Source: Candidatus Eiseniibacteriota bacterium (GTDB lineage Bacteria > Eisenbacteria > RBG-16-71-46). Taken from it: a DNA stretch of 64,000 nucleotides. Below are positions 1 to 13,205 of this stretch, one piece after another (position 1 is the stretch's first letter; the number at the start of each line of letters is the position of its first letter). The DNA is taken from NCBI GenBank assembly GCA_963744995.1, contig CAVUWA010000011.1, forward strand, positions 416,001-480,000. Direction: 5' to 3'. The translations under genes and the position numbers were made by a program. The notes beneath the pieces were generated by a model that saw nothing but the letters and a program-made list of their open reading frames with translations, did not search any database and was not told where the DNA came from.

Positions 1-1
1 T

Positions 2-616
2 GCGGTCGAGCTGCGCGAGGCGGCAGCGCGCGCCGAGCTGCGCGCGCTGCACGCGCAGGTCCAGCCGCACTTCCTGTTCAACGCCCTGAACGCGCTCTCG
101 TACCTGACCGAGACGGACCCGGCCGCGGCGCAGCGCTTCACCGAGCGCCTCGCCGACATGCTGCGCTACACGGTGGAGGCCAGCAATCGTCGCGCGGCGC
201 TGCTGTCGGAGGAAATCGCGTTCGTCGAGGACTACCTCGGCGTCGCGCGCGAGCGCTACGAGACGCCGCTCACGTTCACGTTCGAGGGCCCGCGCGAGCT
301 GCTGTCGGTGGCGGTGCCGCCGCTGCTGCTGCAGCCGCTGGTCGAGAACAGCCTCAAGCACGGCTGCGCGCCCGGCGCCCTGGGATTGCACATGGTGCTG
401 CGCGCGACGGCGGAGGACGGCTGGCTGTTGCTGGAGTTCCTGGATGACGGCCGCTCGAGCGGCGTCGAGCCGCCCGGCCTCGGCGTGGGACTCGAGAACC
501 TGGACCAGCGCGTGCGCCGCTTCGGCGGCTCGGAGGCGCGGATGGAAGCGGGCCCGCGGCCCGAAGGCGGATTCAGCGTCAGGTTGCGCTGGCGCATGCT
601 CAGAAGGGTGGCGTGA
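2..616 (+). CDS. LytS/YehU-family sensor histidine kinase (5'-truncated by window edge)
   Basis: Frame 2 reads ...AELRALHAQVQPHFLFNALN...LLLQPLVENSLKHG...DDGR...GVGLENL; overlaps the next LytTR gene (GTGATG). Confidence 0.92.
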   Translation, partial: AVELREAAARAELRALHAQVQPHFLFNALNALSYLTETDPAAAQRFTERLADMLRYTVEASNRRAALLSEEIAFVEDYLGVARERYETPLTFTFEGPRELLSVAVPPLLLQPLVENSLKHGCAPGALGLHMVLRATAEDGWLLLEFLDDGRSSGVEPPGLGVGLENLDQRVRRFGGSEARMEAGPRPEGGFSVRLRWRMLRRVA

Positions 617-1434
617 TGAACCAGACCGACTCGGCCGCGCGCGGCGCGGCGAAAGGGGCAGGCTCCGTCCCGGCGCGGGCCCGCGTGCTGATCGCCGACG
701 ACGAGCCGCGCGCGCGGCAGTTCCTGGAGCGCCTGCTGGGCGAGCACAGCGGGCTCGAGGTCGTGGGCCTGGCGCGCGGCGGCGCCGAAGCGATCGAGAT
801 GATCGAGAAGCTCGGCCCCGACGTGGTGTTCCTCGACATTCACATGCCCGACCTCTCGGGCCTCGAGGTGGCGCGCACGCTCAAGGGCGCCCGTTCGCCG
901 GTGGTGGTGTTCGTCACGGCGTACGACCGTTACGCGGTGGAAGCGTTCGAGCTGGCGGCGATGGACTACGTCCTGAAGCCGGTGCGGCGCGAGCGGCTGA
1001 ACGAGACGGTGGAGCGCGTGCTCGGCGAGCTGCGCGAGGGGCGGCGGGCGACGCGGACGAAGCGCATGCACGAAGCGCTGGAATCGGACGGGATGCGCGC
1101 GCACATGCCGGAACTGCGCCGCCTGCCGGTGCGCCACCGCCGCGAGGTGAAACTGCTGGACCTGGCCGAAGTGCCGATCATCTTCTCGCGCGACCGGCTG
1201 GTGCTGGCGCGTGCCGCCGACCACGAGTATCTGGTGGACTACACGCTTCAGGAGTTGGAGCAGCGCCTGCCGGAAGGCCAGTTCGTCCGCGTCCATCGCG
1301 GCGCGCTGGTGAACATGGACGCGATCGAGTCCTACGGCGGCGAAGACGGCGTGCTGGTGCTGAAGCTCAAGGACGGCACGCGCGTCGAAGCGAGCGAGCG
1401 GCGCGCGGCGGAGGTGCGGCGCAAGCTGCGGTAG
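613..1434 (+). CDS. LytTR-family DNA-binding response regulator
   Basis: REC motifs (ADDEP, FLDIHMP, FVTAY, DYVLKP) and C-terminal LytTR motif FVRVHRGALVN. Confidence 0.95.
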   Translation: MMNQTDSAARGAAKGAGSVPARARVLIADDEPRARQFLERLLGEHSGLEVVGLARGGAEAIEMIEKLGPDVVFLDIHMPDLSGLEVARTLKGARSPVVVFVTAYDRYAVEAFELAAMDYVLKPVRRERLNETVERVLGELREGRRATRTKRMHEALESDGMRAHMPELRRLPVRHRREVKLLDLAEVPIIFSRDRLVLARAADHEYLVDYTLQELEQRLPEGQFVRVHRGALVNMDAIESYGGEDGVLVLKLKDGTRVEASERRAAEVRRKLR

Positions 1435-1495
1435 TCGCGGGGTTCGCCGCGACGGCAGCCTCGAAGGCGGGCGTCCGGGAGGCCGGCGCAGCGCG

Positions 1496-1954
1496 CTACA
1501 GTTTCTTCCACTCCACGTCGAACTCGCCGAGGCCGTGGCCGTCGCCGCTGAAGCTGCCGTGGACCTTGAAGGAGCCGTCCTTCTGCAGTTCGGCGCGGTG
1601 GATGCCGACGGCGCGGACGAGCGACGTGTGGCGAGTGTCGTCGGGGTAGCGGAACACGCCCCAGTAGACCTTGCCGTCGAAGATCCCCACGCCGCTCCAG
1701 TTGCCGGGGTTCTCGACCGAGTAGCGGTTGCGGTCGAGCCGGCGGATCAGCACGAGGTCGGTGCGCACGCCGTTGATCGCGTAGCGGCCGGCGATCGGGT
1801 CCTGCGCCGCGCGCGTGCGGGTCCGCGTCGTGGCCGGGCCGCCCTCGGTGGTGGTGAGCGGCATGCAGCCGGCGAGGAGCGCAAGGAGCGCGAAGCCGGC
1901 GAGCGCCGCGAGTCCCGCGGGCCGGAAGCGCCGCGCCGGGAAGACGGAGCTCAT
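1496..1954 (-). CDS. hypothetical lipoprotein
   Basis: Lipobox LAGC after a hydrophobic stretch; ATGA overlap with the upstream stop at 1951-1954. Confidence 0.7.
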   Translation of the reverse strand: MSSVFPARRFRPAGLAALAGFALLALLAGCMPLTTTEGGPATTRTRTRAAQDPIAGRYAINGVRTDLVLIRRLDRNRYSVENPGNWSGVGIFDGKVYWGVFRYPDDTRHTSLVRAVGIHRAELQKDGSFKVHGSFSGDGHGLGEFDVEWKKL

Positions 1955-3366
1955 GAGCCGGCCGGCGGCGTGAGCGGCCACGCGAGCGCGGCGAGTCGCT
2001 GTTCGTTCATCTTGTAGGGGCGGATCACCCGCGCCAGCGAATCCGTATAGGCCTCGAAGCGCGCTTCGCTCTTGAACGTCGCCGCGTCGGTCGAGATCGC
2101 GTTGCGCTCGGCGGGGGTCAGCTCGTCGAACGGCTTCTTGATCACGTCCTTGCGGCGCTCGTAGGCGGCGCGCACGTCGGCTTCGTCGACGTGGATCTGG
2201 TTCGTGACCTCGATCGTGAAGAGGCTGTTCACGAGATAGGTCATCTGCTCCCGATCGATGCGGCGCTTGACGTCGGGTTCGTCCTCCAGATGCATGCGCT
2301 TCGCTTCCAGCAGCGCCGAGCGTCGCACGAGCTGGTTCTCGATCCAGCGCTGGATCGCCGGCACGAGGTTCATGTCGGGGCGTGCCCGCTGCGAGTTGCG
2401 CAGATCGGCCAGCGCCTCTCCGAACGTGTACACCTGCGGCGTACCGCCCGCGTCGTGGTAGCGACCGACGACCTCGGCGAGCTGCGCGGCATCGGGCTGG
2501 GGCGCCGGCTTGCCTGCCGACTCGCCGCTGAGCAGGTTGTTGTAGTACCGGAAGATCAGCTGCGGGCCACCGGAGGCGACCTCGATGCCGTAGCGGTCAC
2601 GCAGGCCGGTGTATGCGCGCGTCGCGAGCGCACGCTGCTTGCGCTGCCTGAGCATCCTGGCGAGATCGTCGGAGATCTCCGCGAGCGGCGGCGTCGGATT
2701 CTTGCGGCGCTCGACCACCTTGAGGATGAACCAGCCCTCGGTCGGCGCCTGCAACGGGCCGACGACCTGGCCGACCGGCGCCGTGCGCAGGTAGCCGTCG
2801 AGCGGCTCGACCAGATCGCCCGACACGCGGAAGCCGATGTCGCCGCCCGGCGGCATCACGCCGGCGAGGTTGTACTGGTCCGCGACCCGGGCGAACGGCT
2901 TGCCGGCCTTGAGATCCGCGAGCGCGCTCTCGGCGGCCTTGCGGTCGGCGGTGTAGATGAGCATCACGTGGGAGGCGGAGTCGCGTTGCGCGTAGAACTC
3001 GGCGATCTCACCCTGGCTCACTGGAATGTCCGCGGGCGCCTGCCGCTGATAGTAGGTCTCCACCAGCACGCGGTCTTCGACGTTCCGGCGGTAGCGCACG
3101 GCCGTGCTGTCCTTGTCGAGGCCCTTGTCGAGCGCGGCCACGACGAGCAGCTCGCGCCGCATCATGTCGCGGAGCGCCATCTGCTTCGCCGAATCCGGTT
3201 CGACCGGATAGTTCTTCTCGTTTCCCGCCAGCACTTCGCGGAAATCCTCGACGGTGATCTCGCGGTTGCCGACCTGGGCGAGGACGGCGGGACGGTTTCC
3301 GCAGCCGGCGGCGTAGAGGACGATCGGCAGCAGCAGCAGCGGTGCGAAACGGCGCATGGGCTTCAC
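1951..3366 (-). CDS. PpiC-type (parvulin) peptidyl-prolyl isomerase, PrsA/SurA-like lipoprotein
   Basis: Lipobox AAGC, AQVGNREITVEDF, rotamase motif F..VA..Y...GGDIGF and GWFILKVVE; lies directly downstream of mfd. Confidence 0.85.
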   Translation of the reverse strand: MKPMRRFAPLLLLPIVLYAAGCGNRPAVLAQVGNREITVEDFREVLAGNEKNYPVEPDSAKQMALRDMMRRELLVVAALDKGLDKDSTAVRYRRNVEDRVLVETYYQRQAPADIPVSQGEIAEFYAQRDSASHVMLIYTADRKAAESALADLKAGKPFARVADQYNLAGVMPPGGDIGFRVSGDLVEPLDGYLRTAPVGQVVGPLQAPTEGWFILKVVERRKNPTPPLAEISDDLARMLRQRKQRALATRAYTGLRDRYGIEVASGGPQLIFRYYNNLLSGESAGKPAPQPDAAQLAEVVGRYHDAGGTPQVYTFGEALADLRNSQRARPDMNLVPAIQRWIENQLVRRSALLEAKRMHLEDEPDVKRRIDREQMTYLVNSLFTIEVTNQIHVDEADVRAAYERRKDVIKKPFDELTPAERNAISTDAATFKSEARFEAYTDSLARVIRPYKMNEQRLAALAWPLTPPAGS

Positions 3367-3476
3367 TCTCTCGGGTCTCGGGATGGTCAGGGGTCCGCCT
3401 GCAGCGGGCCGACCCGAAACCCTAGCCTCGCATCAGGTGGAGAGCAAGCGCGGTCGCTCCGCCCGCGCCGGGCCGC

Positions 3477-6977
<3,501 letters not shown>

Positions 6978-7246
6978 ACGAACTCCGATGGAGGGGCCGC
7001 GCGGGCCTGCGAAAACGCCAAAAGCCGCCGCCGGAAGATCCGGGGCGGTGGCGACCCTGCTGCATGCACGTCGTCCCGGCGAGCGGGACGCGAAAGAGGT
7101 TAGAGGGTCGGGTGGGCGCGGGCAAGTGCCGCGGGCTGACACGCGGCGCCGGCGCGGTTAGCCTCAGCCTCCCTGCCGCCGCCGGGAGGGCAGGAGCACG
7201 AGATCGCCGCGCGCTGTGCGGCGGTCGCATTCAGGGAGCGCGGGGC

Positions 7247-9397
7247 ATGCCGCAACGATCACGCCGTTCGAAGCGGGCCGCGAAGGCCGGGCCGCAGGCG
7301 CCGCCGCGCGCCCGGGCACGTTCGCGCTGGCCACTCGTGCTCGGCGCGATCTTCGTGCTCGCGCTCATCTGGCGGATTGCGTACTTCATGCGGCTCCAGG
7401 GCTCGCCGCTGTTCGGCGCGATCTCGCTCGACGGCACGATCTACTGGCAATGGTCGTCGTATCTCATCGAGCACGGGTTCCGCGGGCGCAACGCGTTCTT
7501 CATGGGGCCGCTCTATCCCTACGTGCTCGCGCTGCTGCGCACGGCGCTCGGCTCCGACTTCCTGCGCCTGATGCTCGTGCAGGCGGTGTGGGGCAGCCTC
7601 GCCGCGGCGCTGCTCGCCGACGCCGCGCGGCGCACGGCGGGGGTCGTCGCCGGCGTCGTCGCCGGCGTGCTCGCGGCGCTCTACGGCATGTGCGTGTTCT
7701 TCGACGGGCAGATCCTGATGGAGTCGCTGCTGTTCTTCCTGGAGGCACTGCTGGTCTGGCTCATGCTGCGGGACGCCGGCCGCGCGCAGGGCGCGCGGCG
7801 CTTCGCGCTGCTCGGCGCGCTCGTCGGGCTGATCACGCTCGGCCGCGGCACCGGGCTGCTGTTCCTGGCGCCGGTCGCCTGGCTCGCCGTGCAGGGCGCC
7901 GGCGACGGCGGCGGGCGGCGGGCGGCGTGGCGCAGGGGCGGCGTGGCGATCGCCACGTGTGCGCTCGCGATCCTGCCGGCGACGCTCTGGAACTGGCACG
8001 CGGCGCACGAGTTCATTCCGATCACCTACAACACCGGCTACAACCTGTACGCGGGCAACAACGCGGAGGCGATGGGCGGCGCGGCGATGCCCGGTGGCCC
8101 GGCGGCGCCGATCGCCTCGCCCGGCTCGACGCCCGACGGCGGCGCCGAGGGCGACGGCCGTGCGTTCCTCCGGAACACCGAAGGCGTGGCGCTCACCCCC
8201 GTCGAGAGTTCCGCCTACTGGGCGAAGCGCGCGTGGACCTGGGTGCGGGAGCATCCGGGAACGGCCGTGCTCGACGCGGTGCGCAAGGTGCTGCTGATGC
8301 TGAACCATCGCGAGTACACGCAGTTCTACAGCCACCGGCTGTTCGGCGCCGAGGCCGGGCCGCTCGGCCTGCCGCTCGCGGGCACGTTCTGGGTGGTCGG
8401 CTTCCTCGGTCTCATCGGGCTCGCGCTCGGCAGCGGCGGGCGCGCCGCCGACGGGGCGCTGCGCCTCTACGCGCTCGCGGTCCTGGCGGGCGTGGTGCCG
8501 TTCTTCGTCACCGACCGCTACCGGCATCATCTGCTGCCCGCGCTGTTCGTAGGCGCCGGCATCGCGGTCGTGCGCCTGCACGCGGCGTGGGCGCAACGGG
8601 CGCGACGGGGCCTGGTGCGGCCGGCGCTCGTCGCATTCGTGGCGGCGGCGCTCGTCGCCTGGCCGCTGGTCGACACGCCGCCCGCGGCCGAGGCGTGGGC
8701 GGACGCGCGCGACCTCGGCGCGCGCTGGCTCGAGCTCAGGCGCCCGGATCGCGCCGTGCCCGCATTCGAGCGCGCGCTGGGATACGAACAGGAGCTGCTC
8801 GCCGAGGGCCGGGCGCCGATCGACGCCCAGCGTGCGCTGCTGCGCTTCAATCTCGCCGCCGCCGAGCAGCGGCTCGGGCGCACCGACACCGCACGCCGGG
8901 ACTTCGAGCGCGCCGCCCGGCTCGACCCCGGCAACGGGAAGTTCGCGCTCGCCCTGGCGGCCTTCTACGATGCGACCGGCGATGCGCGCCGCGCCGACTC
9001 GCTGCTCGAAGCGCGCCGTGCGGCGGGCGAAGGCGGGCCGCAGTTCGACCTCGCGCTGGCGTTTCGCGCCGCACGCGCGGGCGACCTGGCACACGCGGAG
9101 GTTCTGTTCGAACGGGTGATCGCCGCGGATCGCGCCAATATGACCGCGCGCGGTGCACTGATCCGGCTGCGGGTTCTGCGCGGCGACCTGGACGGCGCGG
9201 CGCACCTGGTCGCCGACTCGCGTGCAGCGGGCATGGACGAAGGCGTGGCCTCGCTCTACGAGGCGCTGATCGCTGCGAGCCGCGGCGAAGCGGACGCCGC
9301 GCGCGCGGCGCTCGCGCGCGTGCCGCCCGATGTGACGCGCTTCGACTCCAATCTCGGCCGGGTGCGCGCGCGGATCGAGCAGCTGCTCGGAGAGTGA
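7247..9397 (+). CDS. GT-C (ArnT/PMT-like) membrane glycosyltransferase with C-terminal TPR repeats
   Basis: Many TM helices, D in first loop (SLDGTIY), F.MGPLYPY, NLYAGNN, FFVTDRYR, then TPR-like AERALG/ARLDP repeats. Confidence 0.8.
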   Translation: MPQRSRRSKRAAKAGPQAPPRARARSRWPLVLGAIFVLALIWRIAYFMRLQGSPLFGAISLDGTIYWQWSSYLIEHGFRGRNAFFMGPLYPYVLALLRTALGSDFLRLMLVQAVWGSLAAALLADAARRTAGVVAGVVAGVLAALYGMCVFFDGQILMESLLFFLEALLVWLMLRDAGRAQGARRFALLGALVGLITLGRGTGLLFLAPVAWLAVQGAGDGGGRRAAWRRGGVAIATCALAILPATLWNWHAAHEFIPITYNTGYNLYAGNNAEAMGGAAMPGGPAAPIASPGSTPDGGAEGDGRAFLRNTEGVALTPVESSAYWAKRAWTWVREHPGTAVLDAVRKVLLMLNHREYTQFYSHRLFGAEAGPLGLPLAGTFWVVGFLGLIGLALGSGGRAADGALRLYALAVLAGVVPFFVTDRYRHHLLPALFVGAGIAVVRLHAAWAQRARRGLVRPALVAFVAAALVAWPLVDTPPAAEAWADARDLGARWLELRRPDRAVPAFERALGYEQELLAEGRAPIDAQRALLRFNLAAAEQRLGRTDTARRDFERAARLDPGNGKFALALAAFYDATGDARRADSLLEARRAAGEGGPQFDLALAFRAARAGDLAHAEVLFERVIAADRANMTARGALIRLRVLRGDLDGAAHLVADSRAAGMDEGVASLYEALIAASRGEADAARAALARVPPDVTRFDSNLGRVRARIEQLLGE

Positions 9398-9547
9398 GGT
9401 GCGGCCCGCGGGCGCACGGGCGCCGGAGCCCCGTCCGGGAACGCCGTCCGCACGCCTCGCGGCGGGGCTGGCCCGGCGTCACGCGCTGGGCTATATCTCT
9501 CTGTGGTCCCTGAAGTGCTTCGCAGAACCTTGTGCAAGGAGGTCGCA

Positions 9548-10363
9548 GTGAAGTCCCGACTGCTGATGGCAGTACTCGCGATGCTTCTGCTCACCCCCTC
9601 GGTGACACGCGCCGCATGGCGCGACAATCCCTACCGTGATCCCGCCGCACCGTGCTTCCGCTGGCCGGCCGGCGACTACGACGGCGACGGCGTGTTCGAT
9701 CGCCTCGACCGCTGCCCGGCGACCCCCCGCGGCTGCACGGTCGACGCCTACGGCTGTTCGCTCGACGGCGACCACGACGGCGTCTGTGACGGCCTCGACG
9801 AGTGTCCGAACACGCCGCCCGGCATGGCGGTCGACGAGCACGGCTGCCACGAGGGTGCGAGCGCGATGCAGAACACGCAGACCACCCCGCCGATCGCCAA
9901 GGAGATCGAGAAGCCGAAGCCCAGGCCGCAGCCGGTGTCGCCGCCGCAGTCCGAGGCCGAGCGCCAGCTGATCGCGACGGGCCGGATCCGGCTCGAGAAC
10001 GTGTACTTCGAAACGGCGAGCGCGAAGCTGCTGCCCGAATCGGAGACCTCGCTCAACGAGGCCGGCCAGGCGCTGGAGAAGTTCCCGATGCTGCAGATCG
10101 AGGTCGAAGGCCACACCGACACCCGCGGCAGCGAGACCTACAACATGCGGCTGAGCCAGGCGCGGGCGGAAGCCGTGCGCGCCTATCTGCTCGATCACTT
10201 CAAGCTCGACCCGGCGAACTACACGGCGCGCGGCTACGGCGAATCGCGCCCGGAAACGAAGGAGCGCAACGAAGAGGAGCTGCTCCGCAATCGTCGCGTG
10301 GTGCTGACGGTGCAGAATCCGGACGCACTGCCGAAGGGCGTCGAAGTCCAGCACGACAACTAG
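9548..10363 (+). CDS. OmpA-family peptidoglycan-binding protein with thrombospondin type-3 Ca-binding repeats
   Basis: AAGGAGG RBS and GTG start, signal peptide, DxDxDGVxDxxDxCP twice, OmpA_C motifs EGHTD, NMRLSQARA, RGYGE, NRRV. Confidence 0.92.
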   Translation: MKSRLLMAVLAMLLLTPSVTRAAWRDNPYRDPAAPCFRWPAGDYDGDGVFDRLDRCPATPRGCTVDAYGCSLDGDHDGVCDGLDECPNTPPGMAVDEHGCHEGASAMQNTQTTPPIAKEIEKPKPRPQPVSPPQSEAERQLIATGRIRLENVYFETASAKLLPESETSLNEAGQALEKFPMLQIEVEGHTDTRGSETYNMRLSQARAEAVRAYLLDHFKLDPANYTARGYGESRPETKERNEEELLRNRRVVLTVQNPDALPKGVEVQHDN

Positions 10364-10392
10364 CGCGCGCCGGGACGTCGAAGCGTGTCCGC

Positions 10393-10422
10393 AGAGCGGG
10401 CCGGCGAGTGCCGGCCCGCTCT
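10393..10422. terminator. GC-rich hairpin between convergent genes
   Basis: AGAGCGGGCCGGC-gagt-GCCGGCCCGCTCT, perfect 13-bp stem. Confidence 0.7.
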
Positions 10423-10428
10423 CTTCGC

Positions 10429-12520
10429 TCACGCGTTCCGCGGCGGCGCGCCCGGCATCCCCCAGCGCGCGATGATCGTCTCGGCGATCAGCAGGAGGAG
10501 CGCGATCACGACGAACCAGCTCCACAGCTCGCGGCCGTAGCGCGCCTCGCGCACGCGGGTGGCGAGATCGGCGCCGGGGCGCATGATGCGCGCGCGCCCG
10601 GGCGGGAACGCGCCGAGCAGCGCGGCGTCGCTCGCGGCCGCGAGGTCGGACTCGGACGGGTCGGGATTCACCGCGAACGTGCTGCGCAGCTCGGCGCCGC
10701 GCATGACGCGATAGAGCCCGGGCTGTCTCGAGCGGATCCGAGACGAGCCGGGTCGCGCCGGCGGCTGCGGTGAGCTCGCTCGGCACCTCCGCGCCGCCGG
10801 GGCCGTCGATCCGCCACGCGCCGGTCGAGGCGGGCGCGGTGTAGCGCTCGCCGGGCACCAGCGACGGCGAGGCGGTGCCGCGCGCGAGCACCTTCACGGC
10901 CTGGTGGAGCAGCGGCAGGAACGCGCCGCTCACCGGGAAGTCGGATGCCTCCGCGCCGAGCGAGGCGCAGAACACCAGCAGGTCGCGGCCCTCGACCAGC
11001 GCCGGATGCGCGCCGTCGAATTCGAGCAGCGTGCGGGTTCCCGGGGCGGGCGTGAACGCGCGCACGCGCTGGAAGCGCGCGTTGGAGAGCGGCTCGCCGG
11101 GCCGCGCCGGAAAGCCCGCGAGCACCGGGTGCCCGGCGGCGCGGCGGATCAGCCGCCACGCCGCACCCGGCGCGGTGCGCGCGATGCCGCCCACGGTTCC
11201 GGCGCCGATCTGGCCGAGCACGTTCTCGTTCCAGAACGCGGCATCGGCACGGTCGCCGAGCACGATGAACACCGCGCCGCCCGCGCGATGGTAGTCGAGC
11301 AGCGCCTGGAGATCGTTCGCCGGCAGGCGCTCGACGTCGTCGATCACCAGCGCGTCGGCGTCGTCGAGGTGGCCGGCGAGCCCGCCGGCCGCCGCCTCGT
11401 CGACCTCGAGCCCCGAGGCCGGCGCGCCGGCTTCGAGCGCGAAGCGCACCGGGGAGGCGGGATCGTCGTCGCGCAGCACGATGTGTTGCGTGCCGGCGCG
11501 GCCGGCGGCGAACCAGCGCCGGTCGTCGAGCGCGAGGCCGTCGGCGGGGATCTCCGCCACGCCGCCCGCGTCGGGAACCGAGGCGAGCGGCAGCAGCGTC
11601 GAAGTCTCGCCCGATTCCGGCACGTCGAGAAAGCCGCGGCCGATTTCGGCGCCCTGGCCGTCGCGCGCCACCACCGCGAGGTCGCCCGGCGCCGCGCCCC
11701 AGGCGGCCGCGGTCACCGACAGCGCAACGCCGCCCTCCGCAGGCGCGAGCGAAGCCGCAGCGATGCCGACGTTGGCGCGCGTGCGCGGCACCATCGGCAC
11801 CAGATAGATGCGCGATTCGTTCCACGGGCCCTCGGGCACCGCCACGTCGCCGTCGCCGGGCCGGGCCGCGGCGGCGGCGTCCGCACGGAATCCCGCGGCC
11901 TGGAAGTCGGAGATCCAGAACAGCTCGCGGTTGAGCGAGTGCGACCGGGCGAGCGCGCGCGCGGCGTATTCGAGTGCGGCGCGGTGCTCGGTGGTGGCGG
12001 CCCCCGCGTCGAACGCCTGCGCGGCGGCACGCAGCCGCGGCAGGTCGCCGACCGGCTCGGGCGTCACCGGATGCGGCGCCGTGTCGTAGGGCACCAGCAG
12101 CAGCTCGTCGGCCGGGCCCATCGTCTGCAGCAGGCTCTCGACCACGCGCCGCGCCTGGCCGGCGAGCGTGCCGGCGGGCGCGGTGCCGCCGCCCGCCGCG
12201 GCGGCCTCGGCGCTCATGCTGCCGCTCTCGTCGACGAGCGCGACGATCGTCGTCGCCGCGCCGCTCTTCAGGCCCGCCGTTCCCTTGAGCGCCGGACGCG
12301 CCATGGCGAGCGCGATCGCGAGCACGGCGAGCGTCCGCAGCAGCAGCAGCAGCCACTGCTTGAAGCGCAGGCGGCGGATCTCGCTCTGGTTGACCTCGGT
12401 GAGGAATTCGAGCGAAGGAAAGCGGACCTCGCGCGGGCGGCGGCGCGTGAACAGATGGATGAGGATCGGAATCGCCGCGGCGAACAGACCGAAGAGGAAG
12501 AGCGGGTTGAGGAAGCTCAT
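10429..12520 (-). pseudogene. BatA-domain/vWA membrane protein with a +1 frameshift near 10727 (or sequencing error)
   Basis: MSFLNPLFL..PILIHL..FPSLEFL..LLLLLRTLA (BatA), MIDAS DESGSM, ISDFQ. The C-terminus PGLYRV..FAVN..ESDL..ELW..TM continues in another frame. Confidence 0.85.
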
Positions 12521-12578
12521 CGGCTGCACTCCTGGCGGGGGCGCGCGTTCGCCGGCGTGCTGTCGTGCCGAGCCGCGT

Positions 12579-13205
12579 TCATCGCGGGTACTCCACGAAG
12601 CGGGCGAGCGAGTCGTCCCAGAGCTCGATGCCGGTGACCGGGTGGATCTCCCAGCCGGTCACGCGTGGCGCGGGCTTGTGGTGCCAGAGCCCGAGCGAAT
12701 CGTCGTACTGGTAGTCGAACAGCAGCCAGCCGCGGAAGCGCGCGCGGCGCGGGCCGCCGGTCCACGGGGTCGCCGTGCCGAAGTCCGGCCGCAGCGTCGC
12801 GGCGAGCGCGCCGAAACGCCAGCGCGTGGAGCCGTTGCGGAAGGCGGGCGTGATCTCGCCGGTCACGTACTTCTGAAACGCCCGCGCGGAGTCCGCACGC
12901 GGCACGATCTCGATATGGAGGTCGCCGTCGCTCGCGCGCAGCAGGTTCTGCACGTAGCCCTCGAGCGACACGCCGCGCCGCTCGAGCGCGGCGTACCCGG
13001 CCACGCCGAGCCGGTGCGGCAGCGCGGCGAAGCTGTCGACGGTGAACGGCTCGAACGACGCGGGCACGCCGTCGCGCTCCTTCATGTCGCGCAGATGGCG
13101 GGCCTCGAGCGAGGCGAACGGCCCTTTGCCGATCATGTGCAGGTAGCCGAGCAGGGCCGTCACGCCGAGCACCAGTGCGAACGCCGCCGCGATGCGGACG
13201 ATCAC
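12579..13205 (-). CDS. membrane-anchored hypothetical protein (OB-fold-like DGDxH...EIHPV motif)
   Basis: GTGA overlap with the DUF58 stop; N-terminal TM; SDGDLHIEI, GEITP, GWLLFD, WEIHPV motifs. Confidence 0.7.
   Translation of the reverse strand: MIVRIAAAFALVLGVTALLGYLHMIGKGPFASLEARHLRDMKERDGVPASFEPFTVDSFAALPHRLGVAGYAALERRGVSLEGYVQNLLRASDGDLHIEIVPRADSARAFQKYVTGEITPAFRNGSTRWRFGALAATLRPDFGTATPWTGGPRRARFRGWLLFDYQYDDSLGLWHHKPAPRVTGWEIHPVTGIELWDDSLARFVEYPR

Noticed and set aside
9491..12529. 1012-aa BatA ORF as listed in the track
   Set aside because: Its last ~400 aa are frameshift read-through antisense to the OmpA gene.
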